A DNA stretch of 32,000 nucleotides from Rosenbergiella gaditana (GCF_018494065.1 NZ_JABBFR010000001.1:248205-280204); one strand, 5' to 3'; shown: positions 9,347 to 16,355, numbered from the stretch's first letter. The notes: generated from the letters alone by a model not told the origin. Program-made: numbers and translations.

Positions 9347-9892
9347 GATTTCGGTGCATCAGGTAAAGGTTACTCCGTTTCACAGGCTCCCGGTCTTTGG
9401 CGAATTTATGACACCGATGGTACTTTTGTCAGACTGGAAGAAGCGCCTTTAGAATCACCGCAGATTGAGCCGACTGATATTGCGTTACTCGCAGCAGGTG
9501 TTTTCCGCATTTTCTTTGCTAGCAGGGTGTTACTGCAAAGCGGAGTCAGAACGGCCATCACTGTAAAACTTAGTCAGAGTACGGTCAGTTTTCTACGTGG
9601 GCGATTGAAGGCGGGGTTCTCAGCTCGCAGTCTTAAAATGACAGAAACTGCTGCGAAGCACATGCAGAACCCCGGTCGCTATGTCCCTTTACAAATTCAG
9701 GAAAAAGCTATCCGTTATGGCAGACGAATGCCTGATCCAAAGAAAAAACCAGGGCTTTTTCGCTATGAGACTGAAATGTATAGACTTGTTGAGAACAAAC
9801 AAGCTAAAGGAACATATTATTACAAAAAGTATACTCTCGAAGTCCTTGTTCGTGAGAAAGACTTGACAATCAGTCATTTCCAGTATTTTTAG
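9347..9892 (+). CDS. orphan C-terminal toxin domain fragment of a polymorphic toxin (DUF4258-like putative RNase)
   Basis: The frame is open from the stop at 9344-9346, immediately after dif-like site 1, with no ATG (the ORF track uses GTG 9527). The tail TETAAKHMQNPGRYVPLQIQEKAIRYGRRMPDPKKKPG resembles the H..R..(G)I....I..G...DP pattern of small CdiA/Rhs/WapA-type C-terminal nucleases. A small acidic ORF follows directly. Confidence 0.4.
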   Translation, partial: DFGASGKGYSVSQAPGLWRIYDTDGTFVRLEEAPLESPQIEPTDIALLAAGVFRIFFASRVLLQSGVRTAITVKLSQSTVSFLRGRLKAGFSARSLKMTETAAKHMQNPGRYVPLQIQEKAIRYGRRMPDPKKKPGLFRYETEMYRLVENKQAKGTYYYKKYTLEVLVREKDLTISHFQYF

Positions 9893-9900
9893 AGGTAATT

Positions 9901-10329
9901 ATGATTGATATTGAAGTTGGGATACTGAAATTTCAACTGTCACCTTATGAAAGAGAACATGCCGAAGAGGACCTATCAGACGACTCGATAAAGACGTTTG
10001 TTGAATATAAGCTGCCAGTATTAACGACACAGTACAGCACTGCATTTACGGTTCCTGAACTTATTGAGTTAAAGAAAGAAATTCAATCTTTCTATGAAGG
10101 TCTGATTAAACAGGAGCCTCGTCCTGATATATTTTTTGACAGTTTAGAACATCATTTTAGTTTACAGTTCAGGCAAGTTAGTCATCATGATATTGCAGAA
10201 GTAAATATTGTGATGAAACCAGAAGATAATGCAGACAGTGTCAAAGTCACCGACACATTTTATCTTGACCAGAGCTACTTTCCGGCGTTGCAGTCCGGCC
10301 TTGACGAGATGATTAACTGGCAAAACTGA
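9901..10329 (+). CDS. putative cognate immunity protein (WapI-like pattern)
   Basis: 142 aa, acidic, and starts 8 nt after the toxin stop. The C-terminal ..FYLDQSYFPALQSGLDEM.. resembles the DQSYL motif I recall for WapI-family immunity proteins. Confidence 0.5.
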   Translation: MIDIEVGILKFQLSPYEREHAEEDLSDDSIKTFVEYKLPVLTTQYSTAFTVPELIELKKEIQSFYEGLIKQEPRPDIFFDSLEHHFSLQFRQVSHHDIAEVNIVMKPEDNADSVKVTDTFYLDQSYFPALQSGLDEMINWQN

Positions 10330-10352
10330 CAGGAATAGCTTGTCTGCGCACT

Positions 10353-10380
10353 GGTGCGCATAATGTATGACGCTATGTCA
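10353..10380 (+). other. dif-like Xer site 2
   Basis: GGTGCGCATAA-TGTATG-ACGCTATGTCA. The XerC arm is perfect. The XerD side is degenerate, but a better XerD-like CTATGTCACAA lies 3 nt further on. Confidence 0.65.
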
Positions 10381-10395
10381 CAAAAGGGTTCTGAG

Positions 10396-10427
10396 CCATT
10401 CCGGTAGAATGGGGTTTACCGGAATGG
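10396..10427. repeat. perfect 11-bp inverted repeat (hairpin)
   Basis: CCATTCCGGTA-N10-TACCGGAATGG. Confidence 0.7.
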
Positions 10428-10532
10428 GGAGGGTTCGTTTATAATAAAGCGAATGAGTTAGAACTCCATACTGTACAGGGGTTGTAAGCGGGAACCCGCC
10501 AAAATTTTGTGGCGTCTGCCATTCTTAAGCTT

Positions 10533-10808
10533 TCAGCCTGATGACAGTGTCAGTCCGTCAATCATCGCGTCCAGATCGATCTCTTTCCCTTCAGTGATAA
10601 AAGTGTAATGCCCGTTTAAAAAGATATGCTGCCATGCGACGGGCGACATCCGTTTGAGGAACTCCAGCCCCCGGGTGTTACCGGTTGCTTCATATCTTTG
10701 CAACAATCGCGATAACAGGGCTGAGTTATAATAAATAATCACGATGCTGAGTAGCCGGCCACACTGATTGCTGATTTCGAGCTCTATGTCATTCTGGCCC
10801 GTCAGCTT
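10533..10808 (-). pseudogene. tnpA: Tn3-family transposase, C-terminal ~92 codons only
   Basis: ..LLSIVIIYYNSALLSRLL...LKRMSPVAWQHIFLNGHYTF matches the extreme C-terminus of Tn3-family TnpA. The frame is closed by a stop at 10809-10811. Confidence 0.75.
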
Positions 10809-10859
10809 CTATCAATGGTACGGTATCAATCTCTTTGATGGCCCCTCAAACGTACATTT

Positions 10860-11220
10860 ATGACTGAAATACGCATTGGCTATGCACGCTGCTCTACTGA
10901 CCGACAGGACCTGGCCGCACAGCAGGAAGCCCTCGTCAGCCTGGGCGTCTCCTCGGACCGAATTTATACCGAACGTGCTGGCGACGTTTGCCGAGTTTGA
11001 AGGTGATCTGATACGTCTGCGTACCAGAGAAGGTATGGCTATCGCCAGAGCAAAAGGCAAGCTGAAAGGTAAACAGCCAAAATTATCAGAGAAGCAGCAG
11101 CAGGAACTGTGTCGTATGCACGGTAGAGGGGAACATTCTATCAGTGATCTGGCAGAACTGTTTTCAGTATCGCGGCCGACCGTTTACCGGACGCTTATAC
11201 GAGGCAGAGAAAAGCAGTAA
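10860..11220 (+). pseudogene. tnpR: serine recombinase/resolvase with internal deletion and frameshift
   Basis: The N-terminus MTEIRIGYARCSTDRQDL (catalytic Ser region) in frame 0 stops at 10998-11000. The C-terminus VLATFAEFEGDLIRLRTREGM...SVSRPTVYRTL (HTH) continues in another frame. About 70 central residues are missing. Confidence 0.8.
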
Positions 11221-11246
11221 TCATTTTATTTAAACAAGGACGAATT

Positions 11247-11729
11247 ATGGCTCAGGATATTTTTATAAAAATTGATGGTATCGAAGGTGAATCTCAGGAT
11301 TCCACCCATAAAGGAGATATTGAGGTACTTAACTGGGACTGGTCCGTTAGTCAGACATCAAATATGCATTCTGGTAGTGGTGGAGGGGCGGGAAAATGTA
11401 CTGTTGAGGATTTTCATTTTGAGCACTATATCGACAAATCCAGTACTAACCTTCTTCAGTATTGCCTGACCGGAAAGCATATTCCCGAAGCAGTATTAAC
11501 AGTCAGAAAAGCGGGCGGCTCACCGCTGGAATATCTGCGCATTACCCTTCAGGAAATTATCATCACCGCCGTACATCCTGTTTATTACAACACCATGCGT
11601 GTACCACGCGAGGCGGTAAGCCTGGCGTTCTCCAGAGTACAAATGGACTATGTGTTGCAGAATGCAGAGGGAAGTACAGCAGGTACGGTTTCCATGGGAT
11701 ATGACATTAAAGCCAATGCAGCTATTTAA
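11247..11729 (+). CDS. hcp: type VI secretion tube protein Hcp (TssD)
   Basis: 160 aa. IFIKIDGIEGESQDSTHKGDIEVLNWDW...GGGAGK....DF.F.HYIDKSS..L...C..GKHI is the canonical Hcp1-family N-terminus. Confidence 0.9.
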   Translation: MAQDIFIKIDGIEGESQDSTHKGDIEVLNWDWSVSQTSNMHSGSGGGAGKCTVEDFHFEHYIDKSSTNLLQYCLTGKHIPEAVLTVRKAGGSPLEYLRITLQEIIITAVHPVYYNTMRVPREAVSLAFSRVQMDYVLQNAEGSTAGTVSMGYDIKANAAI

Positions 11730-11756
11730 GTACAGGCAATATAAAGGAATATAATT

Positions 11757-12379
11757 ATGTTATTCGTTGATAAAAATGGTTTAGTGGATGCAGAGCGAAT
11801 TATTGTCAAGCGATTCAGTACAATAGAGCGTGGCAAGCTGGACAAAGTGAACGGGATAATCGTTCATCAGACTAACAGTCCGACAGCCCAAAGCACATTC
11901 AACAGCTACAATCAAACCTCAGCGAATGGCGCTCATTTTTTAATAGACAAAGACGGTAAGATTTATCAGACAGCATCTTTGTTAAAGTAACCTGGCATGT
12001 AGGATTGATGCAATCCAGATGCTTTTTGAAAAAAAAATGTAAACCAACAGAGGTTAATCTTTTGGCTTTACATACTAAAAGTTACTGGAAGAGAAAAATA
12101 TCTCAACAAATATCTGATATAGAAAAAGGGAAAGAATTTCCTGACCGATTCCCAGGCAATACCGATAGTATTGGAATTGAAATTGTTGGACTTGCTATTG
12201 ATGTTAAAGGTAAACCAGAGCCTGTCTATGAAGCGGTTAATGATAAACAAAATGATTCTCTTAGATGGTTGATTGCTGAACTTGCTTCAACATTCAAAGT
12301 TTCTATGACTGAAATTTACAGACACCCTGATGTAGGCCGGAAAAATGAAACAGAAGCGGGTACAGCAGAATGGAAATAA
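11757..12379 (+). pseudogene. PGRP/Amidase_2-type N-acetylmuramoyl-L-alanine amidase, putative Hcp-linked T6SS effector, split by a 1-nt frameshift
   Basis: ORF1 ends ..GIIVHQTNS...GAHFLIDKDGKIYQTASLLK*. The next frame reads KVTWHVG...NTDSIGIEIVG...ND.Q..SL..L...L......I.RHPDV...KNETE. Together these form one Amidase_2 domain. The break lies at TTAAAG (11982-11987). Confidence 0.7.
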
Positions 12380-12753
12380 AGAAGATAGTATTCCTTGTTT
12401 TTTTATTCATCCCCACATTTACTCAGGCAAGGGTAGTAAATGAGATAAATATAATGGAAACAGGTGCCTGGGATAGTGATAACAGAGCTGAATATGAAAA
12501 AGAAGGTTGCAAGACATTTAATCCGACTAAAGAACAACTAATCCAATATTTCTCTCAGGCTCAGGAATCATCCTCCAGTGGTAACTGGATAAATGAGTAT
12601 TATTCGCCTTGTATTGCATCTGGTAAAGTTACTTTTAAGGATGGAGATTCAGGTGCGTGGAGAATACATTCCAGTGGACTCGGATGGGTGGATTTTATTA
12701 ATAAAACAAGACGATATTTCTACTTTACTGACAATGATTGGGAGAAAGAATAG
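12370..12753 (+). CDS. secreted/periplasmic small protein, putative immunity to the amidase effector
   Basis: Signal peptide MEIKKIVFLVFLFIPTFTQA. The start overlaps the effector stop (ATGGAAATAA). Two Cys residues. The position is typical of T6SS peptidoglycan-effector immunity genes. Confidence 0.55.
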   Translation: MEIKKIVFLVFLFIPTFTQARVVNEINIMETGAWDSDNRAEYEKEGCKTFNPTKEQLIQYFSQAQESSSSGNWINEYYSPCIASGKVTFKDGDSGAWRIHSSGLGWVDFINKTRRYFYFTDNDWEKE

Positions 12754-12762
12754 ACAATACAT

Positions 12763-12785
12763 AAAGCCTGTTAAAAACAGGCTTT
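12763..12785 (+). terminator. rho-independent terminator after the immunity gene
   Basis: AAAGCCTGT-taaaa-ACAGGCTTT followed by a T-rich tract (TTTATTCAAGTTTTATTT). Confidence 0.7.
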
Positions 12786-13017
12786 ATTCAAGTTTTATTT
12801 AGAGCGACGTTTCACAATACGTTATGGTAAATCATAGGAGTGTAAAATGGCTGATGGTGAAAAGTTGACAGTTATATTGCCTGGCGAAATGCTGTGTTAC
12901 CTGAAATCTGTCTACCTGTAGCCTGAAAATTGACATCATTTCCTTGTAATAAGAATTCAGCACACAATCAGACCTAAGGCCGCAAGACATTTCAACTATT
13001 ATGCGTACCGTTATCTA

Positions 13018-13049
13018 GGTGCGCATAATGTCGACGCATTATGTTGAAA
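13018..13049 (+). other. dif-like Xer site 3 (left junction of the filamentous prophage) with extended central region
   Basis: GGTGCGCATAA-TGTCGACGCA-TTATGTTGAAA. The XerC arm is perfect and the XerD arm matches at 9/11, but the spacer is 10 bp instead of 6. An inverted XerC-like arm TTATGCGTACC lies at 12999-13009. Confidence 0.65.
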
Positions 13050-13050
13050 A

Positions 13051-13081
13051 GGCCGCTGCGAAAATATCTCCCGCAGCGGCC
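13051..13081 (-). terminator. rho-independent terminator of the antisense accessory operon
   Basis: GGCCGCTGCG-N11-CGCAGCGGCC, a 10-bp stem. On the minus strand it is followed by TTTTCAA. Confidence 0.7.
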
Positions 13082-13118
13082 TCTTTAGCATAATGTCATT
13101 GTGCGAACCAATTATTTA

Positions 13119-13463
13119 TTAATAATCATGACGACCTTGGCTCCGTTCAATTTCATCAATCATCGCATCAACATCTTGTTTAAATTGAAAGTTTAGATGA
13201 CTCCATCCGAAATCACCTGCTTCGTAGGTGAACTCATGCCCTTTTTTTGTTGTCAATTTAAAGAAGTAATCACCAGATCCATAACCGATTAGTTGAATGT
13301 CGCACCAGTAAAGATATGTTATGTCTAATACAGCCATGTCAGGCGAATTCATTTCAGAAAAAACATGCGCTTTGCTTGCACCCGGCACAGGCATATTGTA
13401 AATATACTCACCGCCATGTGCAGTTCTAACCTTTACTTTATAAACCCTTGATTTTTTAGCCAT
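13119..13463 (-). CDS. hypothetical soluble protein (prophage accessory gene 3)
   Basis: 114-aa ORF, last gene before the strong terminator. I recognise no motif. Confidence 0.5.
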   Translation of the reverse strand: MAKKSRVYKVKVRTAHGGEYIYNMPVPGASKAHVFSEMNSPDMAVLDITYLYWCDIQLIGYGSGDYFFKLTTKKGHEFTYEAGDFGWSHLNFQFKQDVDAMIDEIERSQGRHDY

Positions 13464-13482
13464 TTATGCCGCCGCGTTAATT

Positions 13483-13884
13483 TTATAAATCATTTCGCAT
13501 TGATTCTATTAGTTTATTAAAAGCATCGTGTCTTTCTTCTCTTGGTCCATCATTCGTATCGACAATTTTTTGCGAATAGTGGACGACCTGTTTTGAGCCA
13601 AACAAAGAACAATGCGTCTGCCATAGTGCATATTCTTTTGATGCTTCTTCCGATGGGGAAATTGCAGACTTGTGAATGGATGACAATAACCCTAAATATG
13701 CATTTCTTTTTTCTTCGTATAACCGTTCATCTTTTTTTGTTTTTTTATTTAAGAGGCTGGTAATGGCTGAATTTAACATAGTCCCTATCCCTAACCCCCC
13801 GATAACCCCTAATATAATGTTGTAATCCATACTATTATTACCAGTAATATGAATTTCTTCTGTGCCACCAATAAAGCAGCCCAT
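13483..13884 (-). CDS. hypothetical single-pass membrane protein (prophage accessory gene 2)
   Basis: TM segment YNIILGVIGGLGIGTMLNSAITSLL, then KKTKKDE and a helical soluble part. The real start may be ATG 13830 (M19), 7 nt after the upstream stop. Confidence 0.5.
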   Translation of the reverse strand: MGCFIGGTEEIHITGNNSMDYNIILGVIGGLGIGTMLNSAITSLLNKKTKKDERLYEEKRNAYLGLLSSIHKSAISPSEEASKEYALWQTHCSLFGSKQVVHYSQKIVDTNDGPREERHDAFNKLIESMRNDL

Positions 13885-14269
13885 ATCCTACAATAAGAAT
13901 CCCGAAGAACATCAGGGACATTCCCCAACCAGTTCCGTACCACGAAACCATATCATCGAAAACCAATCCGCCAACGTCACGAACTCCAGCAGCTTCTTTA
14001 AGGATCGGTTTGAAAACCGGAATCAGAAGGGCAATTGCCAATGGCGCTCCCCAGCGAACAAGGCCAGTTTCCATTTTGATCCCGAAGAAGATCCCGGCTC
14101 CTACTGCAAGAATCCAGACAATCAGGCTTGGGGCCGTTTCCAGAGCCGTTTGCCATCCAACATCGAATGTTTTCATCAGCCATCCTATAACCGCCAAAAG
14201 AAAAACAGCCACACCGATGAAAACCAGCTCTACACCATTTGTTTCGTTACTCCTACTCATCTCTTTCAT
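13838..14269 (-). CDS. hypothetical four-TM inner-membrane protein (prophage accessory gene 1)
   Basis: 143 aa with four hydrophobic segments. A decayed second copy lies at 8930-9203, so the gene belongs to the conserved element backbone. Confidence 0.6.
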   Translation of the reverse strand: MKEMSRSNETNGVELVFIGVAVFLLAVIGWLMKTFDVGWQTALETAPSLIVWILAVGAGIFFGIKMETGLVRWGAPLAIALLIPVFKPILKEAAGVRDVGGLVFDDMVSWYGTGWGMSLMFFGILIVGYGLLYWWHRRNSYYW

Positions 14270-14369
14270 CCTTTTTTTTGCATAGAAATTTTAGCCGCTA
14301 AAATTCTTCACATCGCCGCGAAGCGGTTCGGGGTTCTGTGACACCCGAACTTTGGTATGGATTCCCATA

Positions 14370-14585
14370 CTACCGATGATGCATTGTCATGATTTCCCGC
14401 TCGACTCGTGCTCTCTCGGTAAGCTCTTCTGCGGCTTCTTTTGCATAATCATCAATCAGATGATTAACAATGTCTGTCCATGAGATCTGTGATCCAGCCT
14501 TCTGACTGGCATCTATCGCCATCCTCTCCAGCTTCATCTTCCGCTCAGCAGTAATGGCCATTGTTGTTCTTTTAGGTTTTTGCAT
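14370..14585 (-). CDS. small ribbon-helix-helix-like DNA-binding protein, putative prophage repressor
   Basis: MQKPKRTTMAITAERKMKLERMAIDAS..ISWTDIVNHLIDDY fits a strand-helix-helix layout. It is divergent from gII across a repeat-rich region. I chose the start at ATG 14585 (AGGTG RBS). Confidence 0.5.
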   Translation of the reverse strand: MQKPKRTTMAITAERKMKLERMAIDASQKAGSQISWTDIVNHLIDDYAKEAAEELTERARVEREIMTMHHR

Positions 14586-14626
14586 TTGTTCACCTGGATC
14601 ATAGAAGGTCATTTGTATGTGAGTAT

Positions 14627-14715
14627 ACATGCGTACCAAATACCCATGCAGTTATGCTTGCATACATGCATTCACATGCGATGTTATTTTTTTACGGCAT
14701 ACATGCATACATGCA
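14627..14715. promoter_or_regulatory. ACATGC / TGCAT-AC-ATGCA repeat cluster between repressor and gII (operators and/or origin iterons)
   Basis: ACATGC occurs at 14627, 14664, 14674, 14701 and 14709. The palindromic unit TGCATACATGCA occurs at 14660-14671 and 14704-14715, with a near copy (G instead of the first T) at 14696-14707. Confidence 0.5.
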
Positions 14716-15844
14716 TAGGGGTTCTTGGGTGTTTTACGACTGGCTCTCGATTGAACAGGATTTTGGTTATCAGCTTCCTATTCTTGGTGATGTTGCATAT
14801 CAGCGCATTCACCTTGAAACGGGTGAGGGTAGCTCACTTTCCCAGCCAGTATTTCAGCATAAGGGTTCATTTTGCGATGTTGTCTCAGTCTCTATAAGAG
14901 GCTCGGTACTTAAGATTACGGGTAATCCTTCACGCTGGAACAGACTTGATAACCTTTTTGGTCTGACTTCTGTTGATGCTTGTGTCGCTGTTTATAACAG
15001 CATCCTCTTTGATTTGGGCTTACCGCCTTTTACAAAATGTACAAAAACTTTTTTTAGCCAAACTAAAGAGAATGAAAAAGTAACGCTTATTTCTGATGGT
15101 GCAATTATTCGTGAGCTACATATCACCTCAAATAAATCCACTGGAAAAGGCAATGAGGATGAATATATATCAGGCTTATCAACGCAACCTTATAGAAATA
15201 GTGTTCCTAGACTTCATAGTAATGGTAAGTCAGTTGATTCGTTGTCTAAAAAGGGTAATGTTAACTTAATATACCCGACTGTTTATAATAAAGGGCATGA
15301 ACTTGCATTACATTCCCTGACTAAAATAAAAAATAAATTTGGTTCTGATTCAGAGCAAGTGAAACATATTAATAAAGTAATTGAATATTGCGAAGAGAAT
15401 GGAATCGTTCGTTTTGAACAGAAATTAAAATCACGTTATTTGCAGAAAAATAATCTTTTATTCTGGGGGCTATCTGATTACTCCATATTAAACGAGTTAT
15501 ATAATACATTTTTGAATTTAGATGAAAAACTATCGGTGAATGCTATGGAATTTGAAACTATAAGCGAACATTTAATCTCACAGGGTATTGTTGATACGGT
15601 AAGAGCGGCTAATACAACTTCTATGTATGCCATTCAATGGTTTCATGGTCACTCTTTCGATTTTTCAAAGTCCGCTGTAAAGATTCATCGAGCAAGGCTT
15701 AGAAGAATTGGTATCGATATTGCGCAGCGCTGCAATGTAGCTAAGTTTTCACCTGTTATCACCAGAGAAGTCAGAGAAATTAAAGTTAAAGATTGTGTTA
15801 TTCCATCATGGTATTTGAAGCCATCACATGTAAAAGTTGCTTAA
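14711..15844 (+). CDS. gII: rolling-circle replication initiator (Ff gene II protein homologue)
   Basis: The position and the motif VRFEQKLKSRYLQKNNL (f1 pII: VRFEARIKTRYLKSFGL). The start is uncertain (ATG 14654, ATG 14711 or GTG 14729). Confidence 0.75.
   Translation: MHRGSWVFYDWLSIEQDFGYQLPILGDVAYQRIHLETGEGSSLSQPVFQHKGSFCDVVSVSIRGSVLKITGNPSRWNRLDNLFGLTSVDACVAVYNSILFDLGLPPFTKCTKTFFSQTKENEKVTLISDGAIIRELHITSNKSTGKGNEDEYISGLSTQPYRNSVPRLHSNGKSVDSLSKKGNVNLIYPTVYNKGHELALHSLTKIKNKFGSDSEQVKHINKVIEYCEENGIVRFEQKLKSRYLQKNNLLFWGLSDYSILNELYNTFLNLDEKLSVNAMEFETISEHLISQGIVDTVRAANTTSMYAIQWFHGHSFDFSKSAVKIHRARLRRIGIDIAQRCNVAKFSPVITREVREIKVKDCVIPSWYLKPSHVKVA
15545..15844 (+). CDS. gX: putative pX (in-frame internal start within gII)
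   Basis: Internal ATG at SVNAMEFET.., collinear with the f1 pX start (GDSMNIYDD). This is an inference by analogy only. Confidence 0.35.
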   Translation: MEFETISEHLISQGIVDTVRAANTTSMYAIQWFHGHSFDFSKSAVKIHRARLRRIGIDIAQRCNVAKFSPVITREVREIKVKDCVIPSWYLKPSHVKVA

Positions 15845-15856
15845 TGGAGATATGTA

Positions 15857-16135
15857 ATGATTAAAATTGAAATTAAACCATCACAAGCTGTAGCCGACAC
15901 TCGTAGCGGTGTATCTAAAACAACTGGCAAAGCTTATACGATCCCTGAGCAATCAGCGTATATTTTCCTTGGTGGTGACTATCCACAGATGTTCAAGATT
16001 AATCTTGAGAACGGACAACCTCCATATCCGGCAGGGCTTTACTCTCTTCATGAGTCCAGTATTTATGTAGGTGACTTTCAAAAACTAAGAGTCGGAAAAA
16101 TAGTACTTGTCCCTTATCAAGATTCATCTAAGTAG
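15857..16135 (+). CDS. gV: ssDNA-binding protein (Ff gene V protein homologue)
   Basis: MIKIEIKPSQA..TRSGVS...GQPPYPAGLYSLHESS..VGDF compared with f1 pV MIKVEIKPSQA..TRSGVS...GQPAYAPGLYTVHLSS..VGQF. Confidence 0.9.
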   Translation: MIKIEIKPSQAVADTRSGVSKTTGKAYTIPEQSAYIFLGGDYPQMFKINLENGQPPYPAGLYSLHESSIYVGDFQKLRVGKIVLVPYQDSSK

Positions 16136-16144
16136 ATTATTAAT

Positions 16145-16231
16145 ATGGATGAATTAACCCAGATTCTTATAGCATCCGGTATTGTCATTTCTTTTGGGCT
16201 AGGAGCAATAACGGCGGGGGTACTTCGCTAA
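16145..16231 (+). CDS. gVII: minor coat protein pVII-like (28 aa)
   Basis: Not in the ORF track. MDELTQILIASGIVISFGLGAITAGVLR is a hydrophobic mini-protein at the Ff gVII position, and its stop overlaps the next start (TAATG). Confidence 0.6.
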   Translation: MDELTQILIASGIVISFGLGAITAGVLR

Positions 16232-16326
16232 TGTATATTGCCTATTTCTTTGGGGCTTATGCCTTTGGCTTAGCTCTTTTCTATGCGGTCGGTTCATTTA
16301 AATCATTAACTGACCGTCTAATGTAG
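16231..16326 (+). CDS. gIX: minor coat protein pIX-like (31 aa)
   Basis: Not in the ORF track. MYIAYFFGAYAFGLALFYAVGSFKSLTDRLM is a hydrophobic mini-protein at the Ff gIX position. Confidence 0.6.
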   Translation: MYIAYFFGAYAFGLALFYAVGSFKSLTDRLM

Positions 16327-16355
16327 TTTTCTATGTAATCAATGGAGTTATTTTT

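Larger units (their letters stand above)
10478..11220. mobile_element. Tn3-family transposon remnant (possible terminal IR + tnpA 3' fragment + disrupted tnpR)
   Basis: A GGGG...TAAG stretch (10478-10529) abuts the tnpA stop, as in Tn3-family inverted repeats. See the two pseudogenes below. I found no second IR. Confidence 0.6.

Noticed and set aside
12847-12921. A 24-codon ORF (MADGEKLTVILPGEMLCYLKSVYL) with a good AGGAG RBS, possibly the truncated N-terminus of an RHH/antitoxin-like gene.
   Set aside because: It is too short to support and I recognise no partner gene. It may be a gene fragment at the eroded end of module C.
13084-13106. An additional dif-like string TTTAGCATAATGTCATTGTGCGAACC just inside the prophage.
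   Set aside because: Only CATAATGT is shared with dif. Both arms are poor, so it is not reported as a site.
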